Source of the DNA: Deltaproteobacteria bacterium
Lineage (GTDB): Bacteria > SAR324 > NAC60-12
Assembly: GCA_038150265.1 (NCBI GenBank)
Contig: JAYOTF010000001.1
Coordinates: 98,092-162,091, forward strand
Direction: 5' to 3'
DNA length: 64,000 nucleotides
Below the pieces are notes generated by a model. It had not been told where the DNA came from. It searched no databases and saw only the letters and a program-made list of their open reading frames with translations. The translations under genes were made by a program, and so were the position numbers. The number at the start of each line of letters is the position of its first letter. Position 1 is the stretch's first letter. Of the stretch, positions 19,132 to 29,932 are shown piece by piece.

Positions 19132-19932
19132 ATGACTCCCATTGAATCGCTCAAGCTCATCATGGCCCAGCTCCGGAACCCTGAGACCGGCTGCCCCTGG
19201 GACCGCGAACAGACCTTTGCCTCGGTTGCGCCTTACACGATTGAAGAAGCCTACGAGGTCGCCGATGCCATCACGCGTCAGGACCTTTCTGCACTCAAGG
19301 AAGAGCTGGGAGACCTGCTGCTTCAGGTCGTCTTTCACTCCCGGATTGCCGAAGAGTCGGGAGCCTTTACCTTTGACGACGTGGCTGCAACCGTTGCCCA
19401 GAAGATGATCACCCGGCACCCGCACGTCTTCGGAGACGATGCCCCACGGGACCAGGAGCGGCACAGCGCTCGCTGGGAAGACCAAAAGGCTCAGGAGCGC
19501 CTGCAGAAGGCTCAGGCACGAGGAGAAGCTTCCAGCCTGCTGGATGACGTTCCCCTTGCGTTACCGGCCCTGATGCGAGCCGAGAAGCTGAGCAAACGCG
19601 TGGCGCGGGTGGGGTTTGAGTGGGATACGGTGGAGGCCGTCCTGGAGAAGCTTCAGGAGGAACTGGACGAATTGGCAGAAGCCCGAGCCGACGAGAATCC
19701 GGAAGGCGTCGCAGAGGAGATCGGAGATTTGCTCTATACCGTTTCCAACCTGGCCCGCAAGCTTCAGGTGGATCCCGAAGTGGCGCTGCGGCAAACCAAT
19801 GCCAAGTTTGAGCGCCGGTTCCGGTTCATTGAGCAAGCGCTTCAGCAGCAGGACCGGACGCCACACGAGGCAACTCTGGAAGAAATGGAGCAGCTTTGGC
19901 AGCAAGCGAAGCAGCAAGAGCGCTCGTCCTGA
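19132..19932 (+). CDS. mazG: Nucleoside triphosphate pyrophosphohydrolase MazG
   Basis: MTPIESLKLIMAQLRNPETGCPWDREQTFASVAPYTIEEAYEVADAI is the canonical MazG N-terminus. A second EEXXD repeat occurs in the C-terminal half. Confidence 0.85.
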   Translation: MTPIESLKLIMAQLRNPETGCPWDREQTFASVAPYTIEEAYEVADAITRQDLSALKEELGDLLLQVVFHSRIAEESGAFTFDDVAATVAQKMITRHPHVFGDDAPRDQERHSARWEDQKAQERLQKAQARGEASSLLDDVPLALPALMRAEKLSKRVARVGFEWDTVEAVLEKLQEELDELAEARADENPEGVAEEIGDLLYTVSNLARKLQVDPEVALRQTNAKFERRFRFIEQALQQQDRTPHEATLEEMEQLWQQAKQQERSS

Positions 19933-20884
19933 ATGCGCCGGGCTGGTAGTGCTTCCCCTGCCACGAGTCTTCTGCGGCAAGCTGATCCTCAATGAACTGA
20001 TGGGGCCGCATCCGCTCTCGGGTCCACTCTGGAGCCACCAGCTCCTCCCATCGTGACGCGACAGCAGTCAGCCGGTGCACCGCCACCTCTGGAGCCAGGT
20101 GTTCCAGAAAGACCTGAACCCGCCGCGCATACTCGTCCAACTCGAGCGGCACAAACCCTCCGGCACGGTGCAGCTGCTCCAGCGGCGTGTTCCGGAGGAC
20201 ATGCAGGTTGTGCAGCTTGACCCCTTGCACCTTGAGATCGGAAAGCAGCTCCGCCGTGGCTCGCAGCTGCGCATCGGTCTCCCCCGGAAGCCCCAGCATC
20301 AGGTGCACACAGAGGTCGAGTTGGGGGATCTGCTGAAGCTTACGGATCGCCTTGAGTGAACTGGCGCTGTCGTGTCCACGGGAAAGGAAGTCGAGCTGCG
20401 CGTCATCAAAGGTCTGGGCTCCCAACTCCACAGACAGGTAGCGTTCAGAGGCGATGCGCTCAAAGACGCGCAACACGGCTTTGGGCAGGCAATCCGGACG
20501 TGTTCCCACCACCAGCCCCACAACATCCGTTTCGGTGAGGGCCTGCTCATAGAGTTGCTCCAGCTCCCGGACGCGACCGAAGGTGTTGGTGTAGGCCTGA
20601 AAGTACACGAGAAACTTGTTCGCTCGGTAACGGCGCCGAATCCGTTCCCGGTGCAGCTGGATTTGCTCAAGAAGGGGGCGCTCCCGTTGCTGATGATAAG
20701 CCGCCGAGCCCCACTCATCGCAGAAGACACAGACCTTCATGCCTCCCAACCCTTCTCGGTTGGGGCAGGTTTCCGCAATGGACACACTCACCTTGAACAC
20801 CTTTTCACCAAAGCGTTCAAGGTTGAGCTGACTCAGAGGACGGTAGCGTTTGTGGTGGAGGAATTCGGGACGGGAGGCGCTCAT
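19826..20884 (-). CDS. Radical SAM protein, TIGR01212 (YhcC-like) family
   Basis: CPNREGLGGMKVCVFCDEWG Cys cluster and a TIM-barrel radical SAM core. The C-terminal 107 nt overlap the 3' end of mazG on the opposite strand. Confidence 0.8.
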   Translation of the reverse strand: MSASRPEFLHHKRYRPLSQLNLERFGEKVFKVSVSIAETCPNREGLGGMKVCVFCDEWGSAAYHQQRERPLLEQIQLHRERIRRRYRANKFLVYFQAYTNTFGRVRELEQLYEQALTETDVVGLVVGTRPDCLPKAVLRVFERIASERYLSVELGAQTFDDAQLDFLSRGHDSASSLKAIRKLQQIPQLDLCVHLMLGLPGETDAQLRATAELLSDLKVQGVKLHNLHVLRNTPLEQLHRAGGFVPLELDEYARRVQVFLEHLAPEVAVHRLTAVASRWEELVAPEWTRERMRPHQFIEDQLAAEDSWQGKHYQPGAFRTSALAASLAAKAAPFLPELPRVASGPAAEALAQ

Positions 20885-21807
20885 TGAGCCGAAAGTGCAT
20901 CCAGGTAATCACGATCCAGCGTCAGCTGCACCAGCTTGGGCGGATCCTTCTCCAGAGGAATGGCTTGGCCATCCAGAGAAACCAGGACCGACCGGGAGTT
21001 GCCGATGATGACCTGAAACCCTTCAGAGGCTTCCCACTCGAAGGTTTCACTCGGGTCAAACTTGACGTCAATCGGCGTCTGATCATCCACAGCAATCCCC
21101 ACCCAGGTGGGTTCCAGCGCTTCCACCTTCAGCAGCAACGGAAGCACTGCTGGCGGCGCAGGAGCCGCTTCCGGAGCCTCTGCTTCTGCTGGAGCTTCCG
21201 CCGTAGCCACCGCTTCCGGAGCTTCCGGCTCGCTTGACACCGGAGCTTCTGCGCGGGCGGCTTCCTCAGCAGGAGCCGCTTCCGGAGTTGCGTCTGGGGC
21301 CTGCGCCTGTGATTCAGACGGGGTTTCGGGGCGGGCCTCTGCTGAAGCTTCCGGGGCTTCCGGCTCCGTGGTCACGGTTTCCGGCTCGGGAGTGAAGGCA
21401 TTCTCTGGCAGGTAGAGGTACACGATCAGGGCAACGGCGAGCACAATGGCTCCCAGCGCCACCCGAGTCCAGACATTCGCTGTGGCAGGGGGCTCAGAGA
21501 TGCGAACCGCCTTCACGCGTTGCAGGGTATGGCCCGAATCCTTGTCATCCAGCAGGCCACTCAGCCGCTGCTGCAGCGGTTCGGCATCCATCCCAATGTA
21601 GTTGGCATACGAGCGCATGAAGCCCCGCATGAAGACAGGGCCGGGCGGCGAGTGAAAGTCCCCGTCCTCCAACGACTTCAGGGAGTTGAGGTTGACGTGG
21701 ATCGCCTCCGCCACTTCTGCCAGGTCCAGTTTCTGGGCCTCTCGAGCCGTCCGGAGGTCCTTGCCAATTTGCTGGAGACTATCTTCTACGGTTTCAGTTT
21801 CTTCCAT
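20881..21807 (-). CDS. rodZ: RodZ-like cytoskeleton protein (HTH-XRE, TM, Ala/Pro/Glu-rich linker, DUF4115-like C-terminus)
   Basis: N-terminal HTH GKDLRTAREAQKLDLAEVAEAIHVNLNSLKSLE, a TM helix, and a low-complexity APEA-repeat linker. Confidence 0.7.
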   Translation of the reverse strand: MEETETVEDSLQQIGKDLRTAREAQKLDLAEVAEAIHVNLNSLKSLEDGDFHSPPGPVFMRGFMRSYANYIGMDAEPLQQRLSGLLDDKDSGHTLQRVKAVRISEPPATANVWTRVALGAIVLAVALIVYLYLPENAFTPEPETVTTEPEAPEASAEARPETPSESQAQAPDATPEAAPAEEAARAEAPVSSEPEAPEAVATAEAPAEAEAPEAAPAPPAVLPLLLKVEALEPTWVGIAVDDQTPIDVKFDPSETFEWEASEGFQVIIGNSRSVLVSLDGQAIPLEKDPPKLVQLTLDRDYLDALSAQ

Positions 21808-21810
21808 GAT

Positions 21811-22149
21811 TCATGCAGGGGTGTGAAGACGATAGCCGAGACGTTCGCAAAAAGAACCAAACTGCTGGTCGGGAGCCTGACTCTGGTGAAGCAGGTGCAA
21901 CGCTGTGCTGATGATGGAGGGAGGGTACTTGCGCAGGGTGTACCCAGACGCTTCAGGTCCAAGGGCCTGCCGCACCAGGGCAAGGAACGGCACCTCCGGA
22001 AGATCCTCCCGCTGAAGCAACGGGTACAGCTCCTGGCAAATCTGGTCATACTCTGCATCTGGAATCAGCGTCTCTCCCAACTGGTAGTACAGAAAGGAGT
22101 GAACCAGGTACTGCCGGGTCAAACGCTGAAGTAGGGCAACTTGGGACAA
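21811..22149 (-). CDS. Hypothetical small protein with NAD-dependent DNA ligase domain-Ia-like motif
   Basis: LLQRLTRQYLVHSFLYYQLGETLIPDAEYDQICQELYPLL resembles the LigA adenylation-domain Ia block (HxxLYYxxxxPxIPDAEYDxLxxEL). The protein is 112 aa and contains no further ligase domains. Confidence 0.5.
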   Translation of the reverse strand: MSQVALLQRLTRQYLVHSFLYYQLGETLIPDAEYDQICQELYPLLQREDLPEVPFLALVRQALGPEASGYTLRKYPPSIISTALHLLHQSQAPDQQFGSFCERLGYRLHTPA

Positions 22150-22246
22150 AGGGAGATGGCGAAAGAAACAGTAGACGGAAAGCAGGTGAACCGATATGCT
22201 TCCAAGCTAGAATTACCCCATAATTTCGCAAGGTTTTTCCTCGTTT

Positions 22247-23125
22247 TTGTCCATGGGTGTTTCGCTCTCCAAACTCGTGCGCTGGACTCAGCGCTGCCAA
22301 ACAAAACAGCTGCATCACTTTCTTCCATTCGTGGTTGCGGACCAAACCGTCGGCTGGATCCCCAAGGCGCACCTGCGTCGATTTTGGGAACACCCGCAGA
22401 CGTTTCAGGTCAAAGAATCAGGTGTTTTTCTGAATCCAGAGCTGAACGAGCCGGCTCTCCGGACCGAAGCCGTCCGGGTCGTTTTGGAGGAATGGCGCGA
22501 ACAGGCCTGGGTTCCGGGATGGCGCAACGAGCCCTACCGGGTCTCCTCTTCCTTTGACGCTCCTCCTCTGCTGACGATTGAGCGGGCGGCCGCAGCGCTG
22601 TTTGGCGTGTGCAGCTACGGCGTCCACTTCAACGGCCTGGTCCGTCAGCCAGACGGCCTGCACCTCTGGATTGCGCGGCGAGCCAGGGACCGGCCTCAGT
22701 ACCCCGGACTCCTGGACCACCTGGTTGCAGGCGGCCTCACTGCCGGACAAAGCGCCCAGGAGGTCGCCCTCCGGGAGTGCTGGGAAGAAGCCGGGATTCC
22801 GAAGGCATTGGCGGAGCAGTGCCAGCCGACGGGTTTTGTGTCGCTGTTCATGGACCACAATGGGCTCATCAAGCGCGACCTGCTCTTTACTTACGACCTG
22901 GAGCTTCCGCCTGATTTTGTCCCACACAACACAGACGGCGAGGTGGAGTCCTTCCAGCTGCTTCCGGTGGAAGAGGTCCTCCGGCTTGTTGCTGAGACGG
23001 ATGAAATCAAACTCAACTGCAACCTCGTCCTCATCGATTTCTTCATCCGCCACGGGATCCTCTCTCCGGATGCGCCACTTTACTCGGAGTTGGTGCTCGG
23101 GTTACGGAATCCGGATTGCCACTAA
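22247..23125 (+). CDS. NUDIX hydrolase (DUF4743-NUDIX architecture)
   Basis: NUDIX box GGLTAGQSAQEVALRECWEEAGI. Confidence 0.75.
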   Translation: MSMGVSLSKLVRWTQRCQTKQLHHFLPFVVADQTVGWIPKAHLRRFWEHPQTFQVKESGVFLNPELNEPALRTEAVRVVLEEWREQAWVPGWRNEPYRVSSSFDAPPLLTIERAAAALFGVCSYGVHFNGLVRQPDGLHLWIARRARDRPQYPGLLDHLVAGGLTAGQSAQEVALRECWEEAGIPKALAEQCQPTGFVSLFMDHNGLIKRDLLFTYDLELPPDFVPHNTDGEVESFQLLPVEEVLRLVAETDEIKLNCNLVLIDFFIRHGILSPDAPLYSELVLGLRNPDCH

Positions 23126-23983
<858 letters not shown>

Positions 23984-24053
23984 TGCCGGCTTCCGGACTT
24001 TTCCGAAACGGTGTATGCTGATTCTTTTTGAGACCTGACTGAGGAGGAACACA

Positions 24054-24842
24054 ATGTGTCGCTGGTTGGCTTATTCCGGAGTTCCGGTTTACCTGGAGAC
24101 GATGCTCTACGAGCCGGAAAACTCCCTCATTGAACAAAGCCTTCACGCCCGGGAAGGCAAGACCGCCGTGAATGCCGATGGCTTTGGGGTGGGCTGGTAC
24201 ACCGACCGAGACACCCCGGGCGTCTACCGGGAGGTGCTCCCCGCGTGGAGCGACAGCAACCTGCGCAACCTGTCTGCTCACATTGAGTCCGGGATGTTCC
24301 TGGCTCACGTCCGTGCTGCCACACACGCCGAGACCTCTCGCGTCAACTGCCACCCCTTCACCCATGGGCGGTGGCTGTTCATGCACAACGGACAGATTGG
24401 CAACTACGCCCAGCTCCGGTGGAAGCTCGACCGGCTGATTCCAGAACCCCTCTACTCCATCCGGCATGGCGCCACCGACAGCGAGCTGCTGTTCTGCCTC
24501 CTGTTTGCCAATGGGCTTGAGGACAACCCGGAAGCCGCGCTCCGGATCACACTGGGACAGGTCATTCAGGTGATGCAGGAAACCGAGACCACCGAGCCCT
24601 TCCGCTTGACCGCCGCGCTCAGTAACGGAGAGACGCTCTATGCCGCCCGCTTCTCGACCGACGACCGGCCTCCCACTCTCTACTGGCAACAGGGCGAAGA
24701 ACATGTGCTGGTCGCTTCCGAGCCCCTGGAAGTGGGCCAGGCTCCGAACCGGTCATGCTGCTGGGAGCCCGTCTCTTCCAACCAACTGATCACGGTTCAG
24801 CAGGGCATTGTGACCCACCGGTCCTTTTCTCCAGAATTTTGA
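24054..24842 (+). CDS. Class II (Ntn) glutamine amidotransferase domain protein
   Basis: N-terminal Met-Cys (MCRWLAYSG...) and the GFGVGWY block. Confidence 0.8.
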   Translation: MCRWLAYSGVPVYLETMLYEPENSLIEQSLHAREGKTAVNADGFGVGWYTDRDTPGVYREVLPAWSDSNLRNLSAHIESGMFLAHVRAATHAETSRVNCHPFTHGRWLFMHNGQIGNYAQLRWKLDRLIPEPLYSIRHGATDSELLFCLLFANGLEDNPEAALRITLGQVIQVMQETETTEPFRLTAALSNGETLYAARFSTDDRPPTLYWQQGEEHVLVASEPLEVGQAPNRSCCWEPVSSNQLITVQQGIVTHRSFSPEF

Positions 24843-24873
24843 TTTCCCCTTTCACTGCTCAAGAGGCTTCACC

Positions 24874-25809
24874 ATGAGTTTTCATCACTGGCTGGACTGC
24901 TCCGAAGAGGTCCAGGCCGCCCAAGCGTCCGGAACCCCTGTGGTTGCCCTGGAATCCACCATCATCTCGCACGGCATGCCCTACCCTCAGAACCTGGAGA
25001 CGGCTCACTCGGTGGAAGCCATCATCCGAGAAGAAGGCGCGGTGCCCGCCACCATCGCAGTGATTGATGGGCGCCTGAAGGTGGGGCTCTCGGAAGAGGA
25101 GCTGGAACAGTTTGCCCAGAATCCGAACATTGCCAAGGCCAGCCGCCGCGACCTTCCGGTTCTGTTGGCTCAGAAGCGGAGTGGCGGCACCACGGTCGCA
25201 GCCACGATGATCTGCGCCCACATGGCAGAGATCCCGGTGTTTGTGACGGGGGGCATTGGAGGCGTGCACCGCGAGATCGAGAAAACCCTCGACATCTCCG
25301 CCGACCTGGCTGAGCTCGCTCACACCAACGTTGCGGTGGTCTGTGCAGGCATCAAGTCCATCCTCGACATTCCGAAGACGCTGGAGTTTTTGGAGACCCA
25401 AGGGGTTCCCGTGATTGGCTTCCGGACCCAGGAGTTCCCGTCCTTCTACACCCCTTCCAGCGGGTGCCGCTCTCAGGTCCGCATGGACTCCGCCAGCGAA
25501 ATTGCCAACTGCATGAACATCAAGTGGGAGCTGGGCCTGAAGGGCGGACTGGTCATTGGAAACCCGGTTCCGCCGGAAGATGCCATGGACGAAAACCAGG
25601 TGCAGCAGGCCATTCTGGAGTCGCTTCAGGAAGCCCGGAGCCAGCAAATCGGAGGCAAGGAAGTCACGCCCTTCCTGCTGGAACGCGTCAACCAGCGCAC
25701 TCAGGGCAGAAGCCTGGCCAGCAACATTGCCCTCATCCGCAACAACGCACGTCTTGGGGCTCGCATCGCGGTCGCCTACCAGCAGCTCAAGGAAGCAACG
25801 CCTGCATGA
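24874..25809 (+). CDS. psuG: Pseudouridine-5'-phosphate glycosidase
   Basis: [21 protein letters not shown] and overall IndA/PsuG family similarity. Confidence 0.85.
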   Translation: MSFHHWLDCSEEVQAAQASGTPVVALESTIISHGMPYPQNLETAHSVEAIIREEGAVPATIAVIDGRLKVGLSEEELEQFAQNPNIAKASRRDLPVLLAQKRSGGTTVAATMICAHMAEIPVFVTGGIGGVHREIEKTLDISADLAELAHTNVAVVCAGIKSILDIPKTLEFLETQGVPVIGFRTQEFPSFYTPSSGCRSQVRMDSASEIANCMNIKWELGLKGGLVIGNPVPPEDAMDENQVQQAILESLQEARSQQIGGKEVTPFLLERVNQRTQGRSLASNIALIRNNARLGARIAVAYQQLKEATPA

Positions 25810-26540
25810 GCCGCCCGCGTTCGGAGTTTTGGGCCGGTGCCCGAGACTCCTTTCCTCTGGTGCTGGGGGCTGTTCCCTTTGGAATCATCTTCGGAACCCT
25901 TGCCGAAAGCGGGGGCCTCTCGTTGGGAGCAGCCGTGGCATTTTCCGCCATTGTCTTTGCCGGGTCGGCTCAGTTCATCGCGCTGGGCATGGTCACTGCG
26001 GGAGCCTCGTGGCCGATGGTGGTTCTGACAACCTTTGTTGTCAACTTCCGGCACCTGCTCTACTCCACTTCGCTGCTGCCCTTCGTCCGCAAGCTCCCAC
26101 AGCGCTGGCGCCTGCCCCTGGCCTTCTGGCTAACCGACGAGACCTTTGCCGTTGCCATCCGGCGGTACCACGACAGCGATGACTCTGAGCACAAGCACTG
26201 GTACTACCTGGGCTCCTGCGTGTTCATGTACCTCAACTGGCAGGCCTGCACCTTTCTCGGACTCTTCTTTGGGCGCACCCTCCCCGGACTCGAAAGCTGG
26301 GGGCTCGACTTTGCAATGTCCGCGACCTTCATTGGCATTGTCGTGCCCTACCTCAAGAACCGCCCGATGATTGCTGCAGCAGTGGTGTCCGGAGGCACGG
26401 GCCTCCTGCTTCATGGGTTGCCCAACAAGCTGGGACTGATCCTGGCCACCCTGGCCGGAGTGGCAACCGGATTTTTACTGGAACGGTGGCTGGCTCATCC
26501 GGAACCTGCTGAGTCCCTCGGAGAACAAGAGAGCGCATGA
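25806..26540 (+). CDS. azlC: AzlC-family branched-chain amino acid exporter subunit
   Basis: Polytopic membrane protein. Start ATG at 25806 overlaps the psuG stop (ATGA). The upstream in-frame extension to 25464 overlaps psuG and is disregarded. Confidence 0.8.
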   Translation: MSRPRSEFWAGARDSFPLVLGAVPFGIIFGTLAESGGLSLGAAVAFSAIVFAGSAQFIALGMVTAGASWPMVVLTTFVVNFRHLLYSTSLLPFVRKLPQRWRLPLAFWLTDETFAVAIRRYHDSDDSEHKHWYYLGSCVFMYLNWQACTFLGLFFGRTLPGLESWGLDFAMSATFIGIVVPYLKNRPMIAAAVVSGGTGLLLHGLPNKLGLILATLAGVATGFLLERWLAHPEPAESLGEQESA

Positions 26541-26854
26541 GCGAAGTCTGGATGGTCCTTGGCATGTTCCTCGCCACGTTCCTGATCCGTTACCTGCCTT
26601 ATGGGGTTGCTGATGCGCTGCGGCTTCCGGAAGCGCTGGAGCGCGCGCTACGCTACGTTCCGCCTGCGGTGCTGATGGCGATTGTTGTGCCAGCGGTGCT
26701 GCTTCCGGATGGGCAAACCTGGCGGCTGGACTGGCAAAACCCGTATTTATTCGGAGCGGGAGTTGCGTTTGCAGTGGGGTGGTGGAAGAACCACCTGCTC
26801 CTCACCATCCTTTCGGCCATGCTCGCCTTCTTTGCGTGGCAGGCGTTGCTCTGA
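26537..26854 (+). CDS. azlD: AzlD-family branched-chain amino acid transport protein
   Basis: 105-aa, 4-TM protein immediately after azlC with overlapping start/stop. Confidence 0.8.
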   Translation: MSEVWMVLGMFLATFLIRYLPYGVADALRLPEALERALRYVPPAVLMAIVVPAVLLPDGQTWRLDWQNPYLFGAGVAFAVGWWKNHLLLTILSAMLAFFAWQALL

Positions 26855-26922
26855 ACATTGCACCCACCGGTCGTTTCCGCTATCGTTGCGGCACCCAACG
26901 ACCCCCCTCTGCTAAGGATGTC

Positions 26923-29910
26923 ATGACGTTAGACGACTGGATTCGTTCCCTCCCGCTACCGGCTCCCCCGGAGTTTTGGCAAGAGTGCCTTTCGGCGGGT
27001 CCCCTTCCGTTTGCCTGCGACTTTCCGGCACAAACTGCGGCACTGCTCACTGAGCTTGAGGCATCTCCTCACTACGCACCTCAAGCGGAGCGGCTCCGAA
27101 ATGCCCTGTTCCGCTCTGGGCACGTCGAGACTGCCATCCGGCAACTCAGTGATTTCCGGGAGGCCTATGCCCAAAAAACAGGGCGGCTTTTTGATTGGAG
27201 TTATCCTCATTCAGAAGCCCTGCTGGCCATTTTTGGAAACAGCGAATTCCTGGCCCGTCGCCTTGCGCGCAACCCGGAGTGGGCCGACGGCCTCTTGCAG
27301 TCTCCCTACCTGAAGCAAGAGAAGCCTCTTGACGTCATGAAGGCGGAGCTGGAAGCCCGCTTGCCCGATCCCTTGACGCTTCCGGACCTGAAGGCCACCC
27401 TCCGGAATTACAAATATGAGGAGTACCTGCGCATCACCGTCCGGGACCTCGGGAAGCTCGGTTTGTTCGAGGAGACGCTCCGGGAGCTTTCTTCCATTGC
27501 CACCGCCACCCTTCAGGTGGCCTTCTCTGGTGTGCTGAAGCTGGAAGGAGGCAGGCAGGAGCCCACCCCATTCATGGTGCTCGGCATGGGAAAGCTGGGG
27601 GGGAACGAGCTCAACTACTCCTCTGACATTGACCTCATTTTTGTCCACGACGAAGAGGAACTGACCGGCGACCCGGACCGCGATGCGTTGCTGCGGCCCA
27701 AGCTGGCACGCAGGCTGATGGAGGTCATGCGGGAAACCACCGCTGATGGCTTTGTTGCCCGCGTCGACATGCGCCTTCGCCCCGGAGGAGATGCCGGTCC
27801 ACTGGTGCAGGCGCTGGATGCCATTGAAAATTACTATGCCGCTCAAGGCGAGCTATGGGAGCGTCAGATGCTCATCAAGGCCCGCTGCGTGGCCGGATCG
27901 TCCGAGCTCGGCGAGCAGTTCCGGAAGATGGTCGCGCCTTTTGTCTTCAGCAAACTGCTGGATGAACGGGTCCTCCGAGAGGTGGAGCGCGTCAAGGGTC
28001 GGATTGAGGAGGAACACCTCCGGGAAGACCACCTGAACGTCAAGCTGGGGGTGGGAGGCATCCGGGAGATTGAGTTCTTTGTCCAGACCTTCCAGCTGCT
28101 TTATGGCGGTGGGCGTCCGGAACTGCGGCTGTTCGGCACCCTGGAGACCCTGGACGCCCTGGAGCAGCTGCACCTGGTTCCCGCCTCCGACACCCAGATT
28201 CTGCGAGACGCTTACCTCTACCTGAGGCGGCTGGAGCACGCCCTGCAGCTTCGGGAGGAGCACCAGACTCACGTCATTCCTGCAGAACCCGCGCAGCAGC
28301 GCATCATTGCCCGTGTCATGGGATTTGACGACTTCACTCCGGAACAGGCCCGGCAGCGACTGCTTCAGCACACCCAAGACGTCATGGCCCGGACCCGAGC
28401 CATCTTCGGCGGCCTGTTCAGCCAGCGGCACGTTGAGATCGAAGCCGCCATCCGGAGCAGCACCCACATCCGGAACTTCGAGGAGCCCGAAGCTCAGCTC
28501 ATCGAGTCGCTTGCCCGCCAGTTGGTTCCGCTCTTTGATGCACAGCACAAACCGCTTCCGGAACACAACACTCGCCTCATGGACCGCTCGGTGCTGGAGC
28601 GACGCTTTCAGCTGCTCTTCGACCGCATTGGCGCCAAGCTGCATCACTACCAGACCCTGCTTTCCCACCCGTCTGGACTCTCTCGGATGGCGCGCATTGC
28701 AGAAACCAGCGAGATGCTCTGGAATTACCTCATCAACCACCTTGAGCTGCTGGAGCAACTTGATTCGCCAGTGGACCTCTCTCAGGCAGACTGGGCGCAG
28801 CAGCTCGCCGAAGGGCTGGCTGCACTTGATGACGAAGAGAGCAAGATTGACTTCCTCCGTCAGTTCAAGCACATGCACACCTTCCTCATTGGAAGTGCCG
28901 AGCTGGAGGGCCTGCTTCCCTATGAAGAGGCACGCCGGGGCCTCACTGCACTGGCAGAGGTCATCACTCAGGGGGCACTGGAATTGACCATGACGCTCCT
29001 CGGGCCTCGCTTTGGAGAACTGGAACCTGAAGGCGAAACGCCCATTCAGTTTGGAATCATCGGCATGGGGAAACTGGGCGGGTATGAGCTGACCTATCAC
29101 TCGGACCTCGACCTGATCTTCATCTACAACGGCTCTGGCACCACCAACGGAAAGCGGGAGGTCGGCGCCCAGGAGTACTGGGTCAAGGTGGTCCAGCGCC
29201 TCATCTCCATTTTGGGAACCATGACCCGGACCGGCTATGCCTACAAGCTCGATACCCGCTTGCGGCCTTCCGGAAACGCGGGCGTCCTCGTGACCCCTCT
29301 TCAGGCGTACGTCCGCTATCACGAAAGCTCCCAACCCTGGGAGCACCAGGCGCTGATCAAGGGGCGGCTCGTGGGCGGAGTCGGAGGTCCGGAATGGACC
29401 CAGGAAATTCAGGGGCACCTGGAACACGCCGTTTACGAGTGGACGCTTCCGGAAGGCTTGCGGGAACAGATCACGCACCTGCGGCTTCGCAAGGAAAACG
29501 AGCTTTCCGGCGAGACGAAGACCCGCCGCAACCTCAAGGAAGGACGCGGAGGCCTGCTGGACATCGAATTTTTGGTGCAGTACCTCCAGCTGCTCCATGG
29601 CCGACCGCATCCGGAGCTGCGAACGCCTCAGACGCTGGAAGCTCTGCACACCCTTGGGCAACTGGGCCTCTTGACACCGGAGGAGGCTCAGGCACTGGCG
29701 CAGGGCTACCGGCTGCTCCGGCTCGTCGAGAATGTTCTCCGTTTGCTGTATGATGAATCAACCAACACGCTCAACCTGGAGCAGTTGCCTGAGGACGTCC
29801 TCATGCCCATGCTTCGGCGGCAGGGTTATGAAACCGAGAACCTGCCCCAGTTGCTGTTGGACTCCACTGAAACCATCCGCTCCATCTATGAGCGGGTGAT
29901 GATCGCCTAA
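26923..29910 (+). CDS. glnE: Bifunctional glutamine synthetase adenylyltransferase / adenylyl-removing enzyme
   Basis: Two tandem nucleotidyltransferase domains (LGMGKLGGNELNYSSDIDLIFV and IGMGKLGGYELTYHSDLDLIFI). Total 996 aa from the ATG at 26923. Confidence 0.85.
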   Translation: MTLDDWIRSLPLPAPPEFWQECLSAGPLPFACDFPAQTAALLTELEASPHYAPQAERLRNALFRSGHVETAIRQLSDFREAYAQKTGRLFDWSYPHSEALLAIFGNSEFLARRLARNPEWADGLLQSPYLKQEKPLDVMKAELEARLPDPLTLPDLKATLRNYKYEEYLRITVRDLGKLGLFEETLRELSSIATATLQVAFSGVLKLEGGRQEPTPFMVLGMGKLGGNELNYSSDIDLIFVHDEEELTGDPDRDALLRPKLARRLMEVMRETTADGFVARVDMRLRPGGDAGPLVQALDAIENYYAAQGELWERQMLIKARCVAGSSELGEQFRKMVAPFVFSKLLDERVLREVERVKGRIEEEHLREDHLNVKLGVGGIREIEFFVQTFQLLYGGGRPELRLFGTLETLDALEQLHLVPASDTQILRDAYLYLRRLEHALQLREEHQTHVIPAEPAQQRIIARVMGFDDFTPEQARQRLLQHTQDVMARTRAIFGGLFSQRHVEIEAAIRSSTHIRNFEEPEAQLIESLARQLVPLFDAQHKPLPEHNTRLMDRSVLERRFQLLFDRIGAKLHHYQTLLSHPSGLSRMARIAETSEMLWNYLINHLELLEQLDSPVDLSQADWAQQLAEGLAALDDEESKIDFLRQFKHMHTFLIGSAELEGLLPYEEARRGLTALAEVITQGALELTMTLLGPRFGELEPEGETPIQFGIIGMGKLGGYELTYHSDLDLIFIYNGSGTTNGKREVGAQEYWVKVVQRLISILGTMTRTGYAYKLDTRLRPSGNAGVLVTPLQAYVRYHESSQPWEHQALIKGRLVGGVGGPEWTQEIQGHLEHAVYEWTLPEGLREQITHLRLRKENELSGETKTRRNLKEGRGGLLDIEFLVQYLQLLHGRPHPELRTPQTLEALHTLGQLGLLTPEEAQALAQGYRLLRLVENVLRLLYDESTNTLNLEQLPEDVLMPMLRRQGYETENLPQLLLDSTETIRSIYERVMIA

Positions 29911-29932
29911 ACGCTTCCACCGTCTTCACCCC

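Noticed and set aside
25464-25805. 342-nt upstream extension of the azlC ORF
   Set aside because: It overlaps the psuG coding region in another frame. An ATG at 25806 in an ATGA overlap with the psuG stop gives a normal-length AzlC.
27853-29661. 602-aa minus-strand ORF
   Set aside because: It is antisense to glnE, whose domain structure is intact on the plus strand.
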